Assembly: GCA_973895155.1 (NCBI GenBank)
Contig: OZ316892.1
Span: forward strand, 22,731,168 to 22,795,167
Length of the DNA stretch: 64,000 nucleotides
Reading direction: 5' to 3'
Source of the DNA: Marsupella aquatica
Taxonomy: Eukaryota; Plantae; Marchantiophyta
Part shown: in pieces, positions 62,401 to 64,000 of the stretch
Layout: the number at the start of each line of letters is the position of its first letter
How positions within the stretch are numbered: the stretch's first letter is position 1
Translations under genes and position numbers: made by a program
Notes under the pieces: generated by a model
The model's database searches: none
What the model was told of the DNA's origin: nothing
What the model saw: only the letters and a program-made list of their open reading frames with translations

Positions 62401-63895
62401 TTGAGATTATGACAGATAACTTTGAATCTGCAAAGGAACTTGATCGCGTAGTGAAATTTCCACAAAAACTCCCTTCAAGGACCCAAAGAACAATTGACCT
62501 CAATATGTCAACATACAAAGAATAAATGAAGGTTCCAATTGACAACATCCATTCCACAACTAGCAGGGAGGAGAATGCAAACGTTTACCAACAGCCAACA
62601 CCTCCAGTAAATGCCTTCTATCGAATGTGAGGATAATTTCAGGATTGACAAGAACGTGTGAGTGCATAGCAATTGTCCCCAACAAGGATGTATTCACCGT
62701 AGAATACCAAAGAATCATGGTAGCGCCATGAAATTGCTTGCCAAAGGTCAATGTTATGTGTTGATGGGGGAAATGTTCTTTGTTGTTTGACTGACTACCA
62801 ACCAGCAGTAGTCAGTCACAAATGCTTTGTTTGCAAGGTTCCCATTCACTCCAATCGCTGTGAGGGCCCACAAAACAGAGTGGAAGGCTTGCCGGGCCAT
62901 CCACTCTCATTTTGTATGAGAGGGTTTCTCTCACATGACAAACGGCTACGATACGCCCCCAGAAGTGCAGAGATATGGGAAAAACCCTCAAACAAGACTT
63001 AAGGGCTGATGGGATACTGCCCTTATCCCCCAATTTCTGTCCTCAGTGGCTTCTTTAGTAAACAAGTGCATCTTGCATTATAGAGATGTCAGACATTCAC
63101 TATTCTTTGTAGGGTTGTGGTTTTTGGTTTTAGGGTTCCTAGACATATTCCTCTTTAGGACCCCCCCCATAAGTTTAAGGGAAGGAACTTTAATACCAGA
63201 CTTTTCAATTTGTTGCCCAGTTTTGTTGCAGTAGTTGGGGACTCTTGGGCTTTTTGGCTCTTTGGTATATATTTTTTGTTGCCTTGAAACCAAAAGCTGA
63301 CCCATCCAACAGAGGAGAGACGATCAACTCCGGAGCATGCGCCTCTACAGGGTAGCCCACAAGGGGGTTATATCCAGGGGTCGGACAAGGACTCAGACCA
63401 GGAGGGAGAGAGGGTTGAATCAGAGCCCCAAAGCAGACTAGCCAGGGGCTGATCGAGGAGAAACCAGGAATCCTGTCTTCCGATTAGATGCTTCTCCCCT
63501 TTGTTGGGTCCCAGGCCTCTGGGATCCTGTCTCCCCATTAGGCGTTTTTTGTTGATTGGTGGCGTGATATGTACTACCACATCGTGGCTAAAAACAATGA
63601 TACTAGCCTCCCCATTAGGCAATTTTTGTTGATTGGCGGCATGATATATACTACCACATTGTGGCTGAAAACAATGATACTAGCCTGAGGTGTTTGTGTG
63701 TCACTAATGTTCTGAATCACTCCTTTCTACCCAAGAAATTCCCAAGAAATATGCCGCCTTGGGACCCAATGAAAGGCCAATCATGTCTCATTAAGCATCT
63801 TTCTTGTCGGGGACTCACGTGACCACAAATTACAACAATAAAATAAAACAGCAAAAGGGGAGGATGGAAATTGTGTCATATCTAATCTCATTAAG

Positions 63896-64000
63896 TGTAG
63901 AAACCGTCGGCTCCAAACTAGACAGCAATGCGGAAATATGAGAGACTCAATCAAACGTTACACCGCGAGTGGAGAAACTCTTGAAAGATCCATAGCATCT
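63896..64000. mobile_element. Start of another LTR of the same family as 59779-60040, running off the window
   Basis: tgtagaaaccgtcggct...ctagacagcaatgc...ctcaatcaaacg...gtggagaaactc aligns by eye with 59779-59895. Confidence 0.7.

Larger units (their letters stand above)
57268..63022. mobile_element. Decayed autonomous-type PIF/Harbinger DNA transposon
   Basis: TIRs GGGCAGTATTCCATTAGCCCT / AGGGCTGATGGGATACTGCCC, TTA target duplication on both sides, and two convergent decayed genes inside. Confidence 0.9.
45380..63895. repeat. Degenerate local repeat family (about 250-bp core within a ~750-bp unit) that hosts the nested insertions
   Basis: The motif (gatctcatt)..actaccacat..tggctgaaaac recurs at about 46741, 46967, 47223, 49058, 49301, 49800, 57198, 63573, 63650 and 63884. 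Units resume on the far side of each insertion. Confidence 0.7.

Overview
Eukaryotic, intron-containing, TE-rich DNA from a seed-free land plant. A liverwort is the most likely source (inference from a flagellar DRC2/CCDC65 gene plus a hydrolase-NBS type NLR remnant). Apparently intact genes: DRC2/CCDC65 (minus strand, runs off the left edge), an intronless SOQ1 (HAD-thioredoxin-NHL), Mediator subunit MED30 and an AKR4C-like aldo-keto reductase. Pseudogenes: an intron-retaining RPS3 copy and an alpha/beta-hydrolase-NB-ARC NLR. The most unusual object is a decayed Ty3/gypsy element at about 11.6-20.0 kb. Its gag-protease half lies antisense to its RT-RNaseH-integrase half, its integrase ends in a PHD finger, it keeps a peptide resembling motif IX of a C5 cytosine methyltransferase, and both apparent inversion junctions carry the same TTAAT-delimited repeat. 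The right third is a nest of insertions in a degenerate repeat: a G-rich hAT-like element, a nad2 NUMT, a young full-length Ty1/copia, and a PIF/Harbinger element carrying a solo LTR. All homology calls come from motif recognition by eye; no searches were run.
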